Shown here: positions 10,828-21,145 of the stretch, in pieces | Position numbering within the stretch: position 1 is the first letter of the stretch | How the letters are laid out: each line of letters begins with the position of its first letter | Assembly (NCBI GenBank): GCA_963805625.1 | Contig: CAWDVE010000019.1 | Coordinates: 160,001 to 224,000 of the forward strand | DNA length: 64,000 bases | Reading direction: 5' to 3' | Origin: an uncultured Candidatus Rokubacteria bacterium | Lineage (GTDB): Bacteria; Methylomirabilota; Methylomirabilia; Rokubacteriales; DASRDR01 | Made by a program: the position numbers and the translations under genes | Notes under the pieces: model-generated | Databases searched by the model: none | Told to the model about the DNA's origin: nothing | What the model saw: only the letters and a program-made list of their open reading frames with translations

Positions 10828-11796
10828 ATGGCCAGCGTCGCGCCGAAGTACGCCTGGATGAACGGCAAGGTGATTCCCTGGGAGCAGTGCGTGCTGCACG
10901 GGCGCAGCGCGGGCGGCTTCATGGGCAGCAACGTGTTCGAGGGGGTGCGCGCCTACTGGAGCCCGCAGCACGGCGAGCTCTTCGTCTTCAAGCACGAGGA
11001 GCACCTCGAGCGGCTCGGGCGCTCGCTGAAGACCGTGCGCCTGGACGTGCCCTTCACGCTGCGCGAGATCGGGCAGGGGGCGCTCGACCTCCTGCGGGCG
11101 AACGAGTTCCGCCAGGACGTCCACTTCGTCCCGGTGGCCTTCTTCGGGATGGGGGCGCACAACTTCAACACCCTCGGCCCCACGGTCGACAACGGGGTCT
11201 ACATCACGGCGGTGCCGTGGCCGCAGCCTGCAGCTTTGTGGGATGGGGCGACCGCCTGCGTGGCCTCGTGGCGGCGCATCAGCGACGACACGGTGCCGCC
11301 ACGGCTCAAGGCGGGCGCCAACTACCAGAACAGCCGGCTGGCGCAGACCGAGGCCAAGGTGGACGGCTACGACACCGCGATCATCCTGAACCAACGCGGC
11401 ACGGTGGCCGAGGGCCCCGGCGCGTGCCTCATGATGGTGCGCGACGGGAAGCTGATCACGCCGCCGGTCACAGCCGGGATCCTGGAATCCATCACCCGCA
11501 CCACGCTGATGGACCTGGCGGCGCGCGAGCTGGGCGTGGAGGTCGTGGAGCGGGAGGTCGACCGCACCGAGCTGTACGTGGCGGACGAGGTGTTCATGTG
11601 CGGCAGCGGCCTCGAGGTGCTCCCGATCACCTCGGTCGACCGGATCGCGGTCGGCGACGGGACGCGGGGATCGCTGACGAAGCGCATCCAGGACGTCTAC
11701 TTCTCCGCCGCCCGCGGCGAGCTGGCCGCCTACCGTCGCTGGCTCACCCCCGTGTACGCCGGGGTGCGCGAGGCGGCCGCGGCCGCCTCCCGCTAG
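10828..11796 (+). CDS. ilvE: branched-chain amino acid aminotransferase (PLP class IV)
   Basis: GAGGAGG RBS, VFEGVRAY, KAGANY (PLP Lys), EGPGACL, GILESITR. Confidence 0.88.
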   Translation: MASVAPKYAWMNGKVIPWEQCVLHGRSAGGFMGSNVFEGVRAYWSPQHGELFVFKHEEHLERLGRSLKTVRLDVPFTLREIGQGALDLLRANEFRQDVHFVPVAFFGMGAHNFNTLGPTVDNGVYITAVPWPQPAALWDGATACVASWRRISDDTVPPRLKAGANYQNSRLAQTEAKVDGYDTAIILNQRGTVAEGPGACLMMVRDGKLITPPVTAGILESITRTTLMDLAARELGVEVVEREVDRTELYVADEVFMCGSGLEVLPITSVDRIAVGDGTRGSLTKRIQDVYFSAARGELAAYRRWLTPVYAGVREAAAAASR

Positions 11797-11798
11797 GG

Positions 11799-11851
11799 CG
11801 AGACCCGACGCCGCGGGCCGACGGAGGCGACGCCGGCCGGGGTCGGTCTCG
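11799..11851. terminator. possible bidirectional hairpin between convergent genes
   Basis: Imperfect inverted repeat cgagacccgac...gtcggtctcg between the ilvE and yciI stops; no U-tract. Confidence 0.3.
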
Positions 11852-11873
11852 GGCGGGATCCTGGTCGTTCGCT

Positions 11874-12266
11874 TCAGCGTCCCGGGTCTCGGCCCCGGCG
11901 CGCCCAGGGCTCGCGGGGGTCGTGCGCCGCGAGGCGCCGGACCTCGACGCTCCCGAAGCGCGCCCCCGGGATCCGCCCGGCGATCTGGACGGCCTCGTCG
12001 AGATCGCGCGCCTCGATGAGGTAGTACCCGCCGAGCTGCTCCTTCGTCTCGGCGAAGGGGCCGTCGGTGGTCGATGGCCGGCCGTGACGCACCCGGACGG
12101 TGGCGGCGGTCTCCACCGAGTCAAGCGGCGCGGCGCCCACATAGTGCCCGCTCTGCCGAAGCTCCTCGCAGAGCGCCAGGTTCTCGGCGACCAGGGCGTC
12201 CCACTCGCCGCCGGACAGCGCGGCGATCCTCCGCTCCTCGGCGTAGACCAGGCACAGGTACTTCAA
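11874..12266 (-). CDS. YciI family (DGPF) protein
   Basis: MKYLCLVY, TDGPFAETKEQLGGYYLIEA; TTG start with AAGGAGG. Confidence 0.88.
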   Translation of the reverse strand: MKYLCLVYAEERRIAALSGGEWDALVAENLALCEELRQSGHYVGAAPLDSVETAATVRVRHGRPSTTDGPFAETKEQLGGYYLIEARDLDEAVQIAGRIPGARFGSVEVRRLAAHDPREPWARRGRDPGR

Positions 12267-12401
12267 AGGTCCCCTCCTTGGGCGCGCGATCGTTTCCCGG
12301 AGCGCGCGGACCGTGCCTCGTCACGGCGATGACTCGCCGGAGGGGCAGGCCGCTCGATCACCCCGTCAGTCTAGTTGATTCAAGCTCCGCCTGACGGGCC
12401 C

Positions 12402-13472
12402 TCATGGGGCGGCCGGGCGGGTCCACGGCCGCTCTGGCCGCGGCGCCCACCCGAGCATCCGGGCCCCCACCTGGGCGATGCCGCCTGGGAAGGCGAAGAT
12501 CACGGCGATCAGGAGGCTGCCGAGCACCAGGCCGTGGGACAGAGCGAACCGGTTCGCGACATGCTGGAGGACCACGAACACGGCGGCGCCCACGACCGGG
12601 CCGAGGAACCAGCGGGTGCCTCCGATGATCGTGACGGCGATGAGCTTGGCCGAGAATAGCCAGTGGAGCTGCTCGGGCGTGACCTGGCGATCGATCTGCC
12701 CGTAGAGTCCCCCGGCCAGCCCCACGATCGCGCCGGAGAGGACGAAGGCCCGCCACCGATAGGCCCGCACCGGGATGCCGACGAACGCAGCGCGGACGTC
12801 GCTGTCCCGTATCGCTCGGAGCGCCATCCCGAACGGCGAGCGGCTGATGCGCCAGAGCACGCCGAGCGACGCAAAGAAGGCCACGAGCAGCACGTAGTAG
12901 AAGACCGCGAAGAACCGCTCGGGCGCGGGCTCGGTCCCGAGGATGGTGAGGCGGGGGATGTGGAGGCCCCCGTCGCCGACGAAGAAGAGGCCCTTCCCGA
13001 AGTCCCCGAGCAGGCGGAACGGGACCCCGACGACGAACACGGCGTGGACGAGCTGCCCGAAGGCGAGCGTCATGATCGTGAAGTGGATGCGGGTCGCGCG
13101 CACGCACCAGGCGCCGGCCAGCGCGGCCGTGGCGCTGGCCGCGGCGATGCCGGCCAGGAGGTACACCTCGAGCGACTGGACGTCAGCGATGTTGAAGAGG
13201 AACGCGCCGGCGTACGCCCCGAGCCCGAAGTAGGCGGCGTGCCCGAGGGAGAGGAGGCCGGTTGTCCCGTACACCAGGTTCAGCCCGAGCCCGGCGATCC
13301 CGAGCGTCAGGACGTAGCACAGCTCGATGAGGGGGTAGGGCGCGAGCACCGCAGGCATCGGGGCGAGCAGAAGCGCCGCCAGACCGGCGGCGAGCGTCGG
13401 CCGCGATCGATGGGTCCATGCGCGCGCACCGGCGCCGAACCGCGTGCCGGGCGCCCTGTGCCAGATCCACAT
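12402..13472 (-). CDS. branched-chain amino acid ABC transporter permease (LivM type), orphan
   Basis: GLLSLGHAAYFGLGAY, FTIMTLAFGQ, SPFGMALRAIRD, IIGG..FLGPVVGA; start uncertain. Confidence 0.85.
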   Translation of the reverse strand: MWIWHRAPGTRFGAGARAWTHRSRPTLAAGLAALLLAPMPAVLAPYPLIELCYVLTLGIAGLGLNLVYGTTGLLSLGHAAYFGLGAYAGAFLFNIADVQSLEVYLLAGIAAASATAALAGAWCVRATRIHFTIMTLAFGQLVHAVFVVGVPFRLLGDFGKGLFFVGDGGLHIPRLTILGTEPAPERFFAVFYYVLLVAFFASLGVLWRISRSPFGMALRAIRDSDVRAAFVGIPVRAYRWRAFVLSGAIVGLAGGLYGQIDRQVTPEQLHWLFSAKLIAVTIIGGTRWFLGPVVGAAVFVVLQHVANRFALSHGLVLGSLLIAVIFAFPGGIAQVGARMLGWAPRPERPWTRPAAP

Positions 13473-13816
13473 CGCTAGCCCTCGCCCCACGTCTCGACGA
13501 TCGGCATATTGCCACGTTGTGAGACTCGCCGTCGCGGAGCGACGGCCCTCGGGGGCTGTGGGCCTGAAGCGATCGGTGACCGTTTCGAGCGCGTATACCC
13601 GGCGCGCCAGGCTTTGTCGAGATGGTCTGTCGCACCCGCGGCGATGGGTCCACGAGACCAATGCCGTCGCGGGTTGCCGGGTCGTGGCTGTCGGAGTGAC
13701 GGTCCGCGTCACCCGAGCGGGGTGCCGGCGCCCCAATCGAGCCGGCCGGGAGGGCCTTTGGCACGGATTCGGCCCGAATCAGTGCCTGGCACGGCCTTGC
13801 ATGGGATCTCCTCGCA

Positions 13817-14251
13817 ATGCTGCGGCAGGCGGCCGTCGCCGTGCTGGTGGTCGGGACAGTGGTGTCGCTCACGACAGCCGCGCGCCGCCGGCTGCGCCAT
13901 GGCGTGCCCCGGAACGGGCGCGGGCGTGGTCACCCGCATCATTGCTTTCTCTGCGACGGCTGGTGGAACCATCAGGGAGAGTGCGTGGAGGGGCCGGCCC
14001 GACTGTGCCCGTGGTGCCTCGCTGGCAGCCGGCCCGACAAGGCCCCGCTTCCCGAGCGCATCGTGAGCCTGATCCAGGAGATCGGCCCGGCCCGCCGGAG
14101 CCGCCACGCCCACCACTGTCCGACGTGCCTCATGACGTGGTCGCACCGCCACGCGGACACGTGCACGGCGGGCGATCGCGCCGCGCTTCCCGAGTGTCCC
14201 GGTTGCCGGCGACGGCCCGCCGCGCTGCCGGTGTCCTTGCCGCGCGTCTGA
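13817..14251 (+). CDS. small protein with N-terminal hydrophobic segment and two His/Cys-rich putative metal-binding repeats
   Basis: HPHHCFLCDGWWNH..C..CPWC and HAHHCPTCLMTWSH..C..CPGC; the internal repeat argues it is a real gene. Confidence 0.6.
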   Translation: MLRQAAVAVLVVGTVVSLTTAARRRLRHGVPRNGRGRGHPHHCFLCDGWWNHQGECVEGPARLCPWCLAGSRPDKAPLPERIVSLIQEIGPARRSRHAHHCPTCLMTWSHRHADTCTAGDRAALPECPGCRRRPAALPVSLPRV

Positions 14252-14529
14252 CGTCCGTGTGGGCGCGCCCCCCGGATCGGTAGCACCGCATGGCGCCGCC
14301 GCGGAACGTGCCGGACGCCAAGATCACAATCCGATCTGCCTGTCGATATGGGCTGGCGACCAAGCAGCGGGCCGGCGAAGCTCCAGGGCTTCACCGATCT
14401 CGACGGATCGCGCCCGGACTGCTGTCCCTGCATCCGGGAGGTCCAGCGGACCGGGAAACCCGTGGATGCGACGGGGTCTGTTGATCTGGCACTAGCGCGG
14501 GAGTGGCAATCCAACCGGTGCCGGGACCG

Positions 14530-14910
14530 CTAGGCCAACCTCGTTTGCAGGGCCGTGGCCACAGTCGCCCGGATGGCGTCTGCACGAAAGGGCTTCAGGA
14601 TGACCGGCAACCGCCAATCACGGGCGCGTTGCATCACGGCGGGCTGATTCATCCCTGTGATCAGGACGATCGGCGTGGCCGGAGCGCGTCGCCGGATCGT
14701 CTCTACCACCCCCCAGCCGCTCATCACGGGCATGACGATATCGACGAGGACAAGGTCCCAACCGCCCTCGTCGAAACGCGCCAGACCGCTCGCGCCCTCC
14801 GCGGCCGCTTGCACCTCGTACCCGAACGAGGCGAGCAGGTGCAGCAGGACCTCCCGCACGTTGGGTTCGTCGTCAATCAGGAGAATCCGAGGTCGACCGG
14901 CACTAGACAT
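14530..14910 (-). CDS. single-domain response regulator (CheY-like)
   Basis: ILLIDDE, DLVLVDIVMP, VLITG, ILKPF. Confidence 0.88.
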   Translation of the reverse strand: MSSAGRPRILLIDDEPNVREVLLHLLASFGYEVQAAAEGASGLARFDEGGWDLVLVDIVMPVMSGWGVVETIRRRAPATPIVLITGMNQPAVMQRARDWRLPVILKPFRADAIRATVATALQTRLA

Positions 14911-15044
14911 GGCGATGGTGCAACCGTTGTCAGCCGTCCAGACCTCAAGCGTATCCCACCTAGACGCGTCTCGAGAGTGGCGAAAATCCCCACTCAGGCC
15001 CTCCCGGGCCCCGAGATGTAAAGCGGGCCGATTGAGTCTGAACG

Positions 15045-16085
15045 CTAGCGGGCGGGAACGCTCACGCGGACCGTGCCGCCGAGCGCCGCACGAAGGGCGG
15101 GGCCGCGCCCCTTCGGCACGCGGATCTCGTAGCGGCCCTTGCCGAGCCAGTCCTCGACGATCTCCGGGTTGAGGGCCTTCAACTCCCGGTAGAACGAGCC
15201 CGCCTGCCGCGCGAGCTCGGTGACGGCCACCCGGTCGCGGAGCTCGATCCCGACGACGTCGGAGTCATAGGGGCGGTAGCGCTGCTCGGGCGGGACCTCG
15301 AAGCCGTACCGCTCCGGCTCCGAGAGGATGAGCTTCGCGGCGAGCGCCCGGAAGACGTAGCGCTCGGTCTCCTCCGAGAGCGCGACCTGGTAGTAGCTCG
15401 ACACGCCCTGGTGGCGGAGCGCCTGGTCGATGCGCGCCTCGCCGGCGTTGTAGGCGGCGAGCGCCAGGGGCCAGTCGGGGAATCGCTGGCGCAGTTCTCG
15501 CAGCAAGGCGAGCGCGGCGGCGGTGGAGCGCTCGGGATTCCGCCGCTCGTCCCAGCCCGAGGTGACCGCGAGCCCGTAGCGCTTGGCCGTTGACGCGATG
15601 AACTGCCAGATGCCGAGCGCGCTGGCGTGCGAGTAGGCGCCCGGGAGGAGCGCGCTCTCGATGACCGCGACGTACTTGAGGTCCTCCGGGAGCCCGGCGC
15701 GCGCCAGCTGGCGCTCGATGTACGGGAAGTAGCGGGCGCTGCGCTTGAGCCAGAGCAGCACCTGGGCGGGATTCCCGAGCGAGAGGAGAAACTCGCGCTC
15801 GAGGCGCTCGCCGATGTCCCACCGCACGAGCGGCACCGGCTCCCCCGCGAATTCCATTCGGGTCGGCAGCGCGAAGCTGTGGAGAGCCCGCGGCGAGGCG
15901 GCCTGGCCGCTCTCGAGCCGTGCGAGCCGCGCACGGAGCCTGTCGAGCTCGGCCCGGAGCTCGACGACTTCCGAGATGGCTGGCTCGCCGGCCGGTTCGG
16001 CGACGGGTTCAGTGTCCTGGGCGGCGGCCGGGGCCCCTCCGAGGAGGCCGATCGATAGCCAGACCATCAGCCAGGTCTTGCGCAC
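15045..16085 (-). CDS. lytic transglycosylase (SLT, MltD-like)
   Basis: Signal peptide, coiled coil, VAVIESAL (catalytic Glu), GIWQFI, LALAAYNAGE, ETERYV. Confidence 0.88.
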   Translation of the reverse strand: MRKTWLMVWLSIGLLGGAPAAAQDTEPVAEPAGEPAISEVVELRAELDRLRARLARLESGQAASPRALHSFALPTRMEFAGEPVPLVRWDIGERLEREFLLSLGNPAQVLLWLKRSARYFPYIERQLARAGLPEDLKYVAVIESALLPGAYSHASALGIWQFIASTAKRYGLAVTSGWDERRNPERSTAAALALLRELRQRFPDWPLALAAYNAGEARIDQALRHQGVSSYYQVALSEETERYVFRALAAKLILSEPERYGFEVPPEQRYRPYDSDVVGIELRDRVAVTELARQAGSFYRELKALNPEIVEDWLGKGRYEIRVPKGRGPALRAALGGTVRVSVPAR

Positions 16086-16097
16086 GCCGGGGAACGG

Positions 16098-16113
16098 AGC
16101 AATGTCCGTGCCA
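16098..16113 (-). promoter_or_regulatory. sigma-54 (-24/-12) promoter
   Basis: Minus strand TGGCAC-GGACA-TTGCT immediately upstream of the transglycosylase GTG. Confidence 0.7.
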
Positions 16114-16217
16114 GCCTCGGGCCGGAATGGCGGGGTGGCGAACGCGCCAGATGTGTTCGCGGGCCGACATTCCCTCGCGGTCGAATTCCTGCCCGGGACG
16201 CAGTGGCACCCTGGGGG

Positions 16218-16793
16218 TCAGCGGGGACGGTTCTGGCGCGCCAGCTCCATGAGGAGACCGGCCTCGCCAAGATGGGCGCGGCCGTGGCCGATGTCGAGGG
16301 TGATCACCTCCGCGACCGTCTGAGTCCACATACCCTGCACCTCGGCCAGGTACTGGGTTGTCCGGTACGCGGGGCGGCGAGCGAGATGCGCGCGGTTGTC
16401 CGGCACCCGGTGGAGATCGCGCTCGGTCACGGTGCCGAGCCAGCAGACGTTCTCGGCGAGCACCGCGTCGGCGTAGGCCAGCATGTCCTCGACGGAGACG
16501 GCCCGCGCGATGGCGTCCGCGTCGGCGAGGCTGATGCCAAAGGCGAGACCGAGCCGGTCGAACCCTACTTGGCGGATCCACGTGTCCCGGTCCCTCACCT
16601 CGGGGACGTTCCGGATCCAGGTCTGGACCGTCCAGTCCTGGCTGGCGGGAACGTGCCAGAGCGTGAAGCCCGTGAGGTTCTGTCCGGGCGCCACGCGGAA
16701 GGTCCACTCGTCCGGGCTCAGGTCACCGGCCAGCTCGTGCAAGCCCGCGTTCACGGTGGTCCACTGCGACGCGAGGAGGGCGATCGCATCCAT
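16218..16793 (-). CDS. DinB/YfiT family protein
   Basis: GQNLTGFTLWH and C-terminal HGRAHLGE metal-ligand pattern. Confidence 0.8.
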   Translation of the reverse strand: MDAIALLASQWTTVNAGLHELAGDLSPDEWTFRVAPGQNLTGFTLWHVPASQDWTVQTWIRNVPEVRDRDTWIRQVGFDRLGLAFGISLADADAIARAVSVEDMLAYADAVLAENVCWLGTVTERDLHRVPDNRAHLARRPAYRTTQYLAEVQGMWTQTVAEVITLDIGHGRAHLGEAGLLMELARQNRPR

Positions 16794-16854
16794 TGCTTCG
16801 CCAGTGTACGCCCGGCTTGACCCGGTCCTCCTCCGGGTGCTACCCAGGGAACCC

Positions 16855-17580
16855 ATGAGCCCGTCACCGCAGAGCGAAGGCCGTCCACCACAGGCCGAAG
16901 GCCGTCCACTAGTTCGGGAGTCGCCCGAGGGCCTCGAGGTCGAGACGGGCCCAGCGCCCGCGGCGTCCGTCATCTGGCTCCACGGCCTCGGCGCCGACGG
17001 CTCCGACTTCGTGCCGATCGTGCCCGCCCTCGGTCTCCGGAAGCCCGTCCGCTTCGTCTTCCCGCACGCGCCGCGGCGGCCGGTGACCATCAACGCCGGC
17101 ATGGTGATGCGCGCCTGGTACGACGTGCTCGCGCTGGAGGGCCCGCGGCGGGAGGACGAGGCGGGCATCCGCGAGTCCGCGCGCCGGGTCGAGGGCCTGA
17201 TCGCCGCCGAGGTGGCCCGCGGCGTGGCGCCGGCCCGGGTGATCCTGGCGGGGTTCTCCCAGGGCGGCGCCATGACGCTTCACGTCGGGCTGCGTCACGC
17301 CGCGCGCCTCGGCGGGCTCCTCGTGCTCTCGGCCTACCTCCCGCTCGCCCACGCGGTCGCGGCGGAGGCGAGCCCCGCGGGCCGCGGCACCCCGGTGTTC
17401 CTCGGTCACGGGACCGAGGACCCCTTGATTCCCCCCGTGCGGTCGCGGGCGGCCCGCGACGCGCTCGCCGCGCTCGGCTGCCCCGTGGAGCACCACGAGT
17501 ACCCGATCGCCCACACGGTCTCCGACGCCGAGATCCGGGACCTCGCGGCCTGGCTCGCCCGCCGCCTCGCGGACGGGTGA
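16855..17580 (+). CDS. phospholipase/carboxylesterase (alpha/beta hydrolase 2)
   Basis: IWLHGLGADG, MRAWYD, GFSQGG, HGTEDPLIP, AHTV. Confidence 0.92.
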   Translation: MSPSPQSEGRPPQAEGRPLVRESPEGLEVETGPAPAASVIWLHGLGADGSDFVPIVPALGLRKPVRFVFPHAPRRPVTINAGMVMRAWYDVLALEGPRREDEAGIRESARRVEGLIAAEVARGVAPARVILAGFSQGGAMTLHVGLRHAARLGGLLVLSAYLPLAHAVAAEASPAGRGTPVFLGHGTEDPLIPPVRSRAARDALAALGCPVEHHEYPIAHTVSDAEIRDLAAWLARRLADG

Positions 17581-17667
17581 CCGAACCGGGAGCGAGCACC
17601 CGATCCGGCGAGGGTCTCCTCGGACGGCGTCGCCCTGCGGCCGGCCGACCCGCGGTAATCTAGATCC

Positions 17668-18545
17668 GTGCGGATCGCGACCTGGAATGTCAACTCGCTG
17701 AAGGCCCGCCTGGAGCGGGTCGTCCTGTGGCTCGAGCGCGCCCAGCCGGACGTGCTCCTGATGCAGGAGACGAAGCTCGGGGACGCGGACGCCCCGGCCG
17801 ACGTCTTCGAGCGCGCCGGCTACACCCTGGCGCATCACGGGGAGGGCAGGTGGAACGGCGTCGCCATCGCGAGCCGCTCGGGCGTCGCGGACGTGGTGAC
17901 GAACTTCGGCGCCCCGCTGCGCGCCGCCCGCACGGAGGACACCGGCGACGACGAGCCGTTCGCCGAGGCGCGGATGATCGCCGCCTCGTGCGGCGGCGTG
18001 CGCGTCGTGTCCCTCTACGCGCCCAACGGCCGGAGCGTCGGCTCCGTCTTCTACCAGGCCAAGCTGGCCTGGTTCGACCGGCTCGCCCGCTGGCTGGCCG
18101 AGGCGGCGGACCCGCGCGCGCCGCTCGTGCTCGGGGGCGACTTCAACGTCGCGCCCGCGGACGCCGACGTCTGGGACGCCGCAGGCCTGCCACGGCGGGA
18201 CCCACGTCTCGGAGCCGGAGCGGGCGGCCTTCGCGCGGCTCCTGCGACTGGGGGCTCGTCGACATCTATCGCCGGCAGCACTCCGAGCCCGGACGCTACA
18301 GCTGGTGGGACTACCGCGCCGGCAACTTCTACAAGAACATCGGCATGCGCATCGACCACCTGCTGGTGTCGGCGCCGCTCGCGGACCGCGTCGTCTGGAG
18401 CGAGATCGACCGCGAGACGCGCAAGGGGAAGCCCTTGCCCTCGGACCACACGCCGGTCGTGATCGACATCGACGAGCCGGGGCGTCCCTTCGACGCGGGC
18501 TGGGCGTCGGCCGAGGAGCGCATCGCCGCGCGGCGCTCCCGGTGA
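17668..18545 (+). CDS. xth: exodeoxyribonuclease III / AP endonuclease (frameshifts at about 18184-18245)
   Basis: IATWNVNS, MQETK, LYAPNG, GGDFNVAP, YSWWDYR, RIDHLL, SDHTPV. Confidence 0.9.
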
Positions 18546-19628
18546 TCCTCGAGCCGCCGATCGAGCCGATGCTGGCGACGCTCGGCGACGAGCTGCCCGC
18601 CGGCGACGGGTGGCTCTTCGAGCCGAAGTGGGACGGCTTCCGCGCGATCGTGTTCCGCGACGGCGACCGCCTCTACATCCAGAGCCGGGACCTCAAGCCG
18701 CTCGACCGCTACTTCCCGGAGCTGGCAGCGCCCCTCTCGCGCGGCCTTGCCCGAGCGCTGCGTCGTCGACGGCGAGATCGTGATCGCCGACCGCGCACGG
18801 GCTCGACTTCGACGCGCTCCAGCTGCGGCTGCACCCGGCGGCCTCGCGGGTGGCGAAGCTGGCGGCGGAGACGCCGGCGTCGTTCGTCGCCTTCGATCTC
18901 CTGGCCGAGGGCGACGAGGACCTGCGCGCCCGCCCGCAGGCGGAGCGCCGCGCGCGGCTGGAGCGGGCGCTCGGGCGCGCCGGCGGCCGCGTCCATCTCA
19001 CGCCGTGCAGCCGCGACCGCGCCGTCGCGCAGGACTGGTTCCAGCGCTTCGAGGGCGCCGGGCTCGACGGCGTCGTCGCCAAGCACGAGAGCACGACCGT
19101 ACCAGCCCGGCAAGCGCGCGATGATCAAGGTCAAGCACGCGCGCACGCGCCGACTGCGTCGTCGCGGGCTTCCGCTGGCACAAGAACGGCCCCGGCGAGC
19201 TCGTCGGCTCGCTGCTCCTCGGGCTCTACGACGACGGCGGGAGCGCTCCACCACGTCGGGGTGACGTCGTCCTTCACGATGACGCCGGGCGCCGCCAGCT
19301 CGCGACGGAGCTCGCGCCGCTCCGCGCGAACGCGCTCGAGGGGCATCCCTGGCGTGACTGGGCCGGGGCCGAGGAGAGCGCGACGCGCATGCCCGGCGGC
19401 AGCAGCCGGTGGAGCGCGGGCAAGGACCTCTCGTGGGAGCCGCTCCGCATCGAGCGCGTGTGCGAGGTCAAGTACGACCACCTGCAGGGCGACCGCTTCC
19501 GGCACGCGGCGACCTTCCTGCGCTGGCGGCCGGACAAGCGGCCCGCGGACTGCCGCTACGACCAGCTCGAGGTCACCCCACCGGCGGAGCTGGCCGCGAT
19601 CTTCCGCGAGGCGGCCGGGCGGGCCTGA
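18542..19628 (+). CDS. ligC: ATP-dependent DNA ligase, LigC type (several frameshifts)
   Basis: EPKWDGFRA, VVDGEIV, AFDLL, GLDGVVAK, MIKVKH, C-terminal SRWSAGKDLSWEPLR..EVKYDHLQGDRFRH..RWRPDK. Confidence 0.88.
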
Positions 19629-19631
19629 CCG

Positions 19632-20938
19632 TCAGCCTCCACGCGATCGGCGCGGAGGCGCCGTACCCCACGCCGGCGGGTCGTCCGGATCGAGGGGCTC
19701 CGGCGCCGGCCGGAGCGTCGTCGGGCACGTGCTCCAGGTTGACGCGGATGCGGGTCCAGGTCGAGGAGCGGCCGCGCATCGAGTCGACGAGCACGTCGGC
19801 GGGCTGGAGGTGCGGGACGACCGCGGGATGACGCGCCTTCCACCGCTCGAGGCCGGCGAGCGCGTCCTCCTTCCTCTGCGGCGCGGCCGATCTCGACGAG
19901 CGGCTTCGTCGGAACCCGGCGGCCGCCCGCTTCGGCGCTCCGCGACGGGGCGACCCGCGCCGGCTCGCCGGGCTGCTTGGCGTAGTGCGGCGGCCACGGC
20001 GCGTCGCCGAGGCCCTCGGCCTCCTGCGCGGCCGAGAGCTCGAGCAGCGGCTCGAGCGAGCACGGGTGCTCGTCGATCCCGGCGTGACGGTCGCCGATCT
20101 CGGCGAAGCGGGCCGGCATCGTCCGGAGCGTGAAGTCCCCCGGCGCGCACGCGCCGAGCTCGTCCCACGTCACGGGCGCCGAGACGCGCGCGTCGGGCGT
20201 GGGGCGCACCGAGTAGGCGCTGGCGACGGTGCGGTCCTTGGCGTTCTGGTTGTAGTCGAGGAAGACGCCGTGACGCTCCTCCTTCCACCACTTGCTGGTC
20301 GCGAGCGCCGGCGCCCGCCGCTCCACCTCGCGCGCGAGGGCGAGGGCGGCGCGCCGCACCTCCACGAACGACCACCGCGGGTGGATCCGCACGAGGATGT
20401 GGATGCCCCGCGAGCCCGAGGTCTTCGGCCAGCCGACCAGCCCGAGGTCGCCGAGGGCCGCGCGCACGACCGTGGCGACGGCCACGAGCTGGGACCACTC
20501 GACGCCGGGCACCGGGTCGAGATCGATCCGGAGCTCGTCGGGATGATCGAGGTCCTCCGCGCGCACCGGATGCGGGTGAAGCTCCAGGCACCCGAGGTTC
20601 ATCATCCATGCGAGGGCTGCGGCGTCCCGCGGCACGACCTCGTCGGCGAGGCCGCCCGAGGGGAAGCGGAGGGAGACGACCTCGACCCAGTCCGGCCGCG
20701 ACGTGGGCGCGCGCTTCTGGTAGAAGGACTCGCCGTGGATCCCGTTCGGATAGCGGACGAGGACGTTCGGCCGGCCGCCCGCGCCCCGGAGCGCCCCGTC
20801 GGCCACGGCGAGGTAGTAGCGCACGACCTCGAGCTTGGTGATTCCGGCCTCGGGAAAGTAGACCTTGCCGGGATTGGTGATCGTCACCTCGCGGCCGGCG
20901 ACCTCGAGCGTGACGCGCTCGCCCTTTGGAGGCGCCAT
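19632..20938 (-). CDS. stand-alone LigD-type primase-polymerase (Prim-PolC-like) with C-terminal extension (frameshifts near 3' end)
   Basis: ITNPGKVYFP, FYQKRAP, LRIDLDP, KTSGSRGIH, KWWKEER, FLDYNQN, APWPPHY. Confidence 0.88.
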
Positions 20939-21145
20939 GCTTTGAGCATAGTCCAGGCGACGCGGAACCCGGCCAAAGGTCTGACACTGGAGGCGTCGCT
21001 GCCGCGCCGCCCGTTCGCCACGGTGACCCCTGGGGACGGTGGCCGCGAGCGCCAGTGGGGTGGGACGCGTGCTCTTCGCCGTCGGTCCGCGCTCCGCCGT
21101 GAGGTACTGTGGAAGAGAGGGCCGCTCGCCGGAAGGAGGACCTCC

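Noticed and set aside
13786-13801. TGGCAC-GGCC-TTGCA as a sigma-54 promoter
   Set aside because: Spacer is 4 nt, not the required 5; valid only if a base is missing from the assembly.
16876-16909. 21-bp-period repeat GAAGGCCGTCCAC
   Set aside because: Only two copies, in frame within the esterase N-terminus (QSEGRPP/QAEGRPL); not CRISPR-like.
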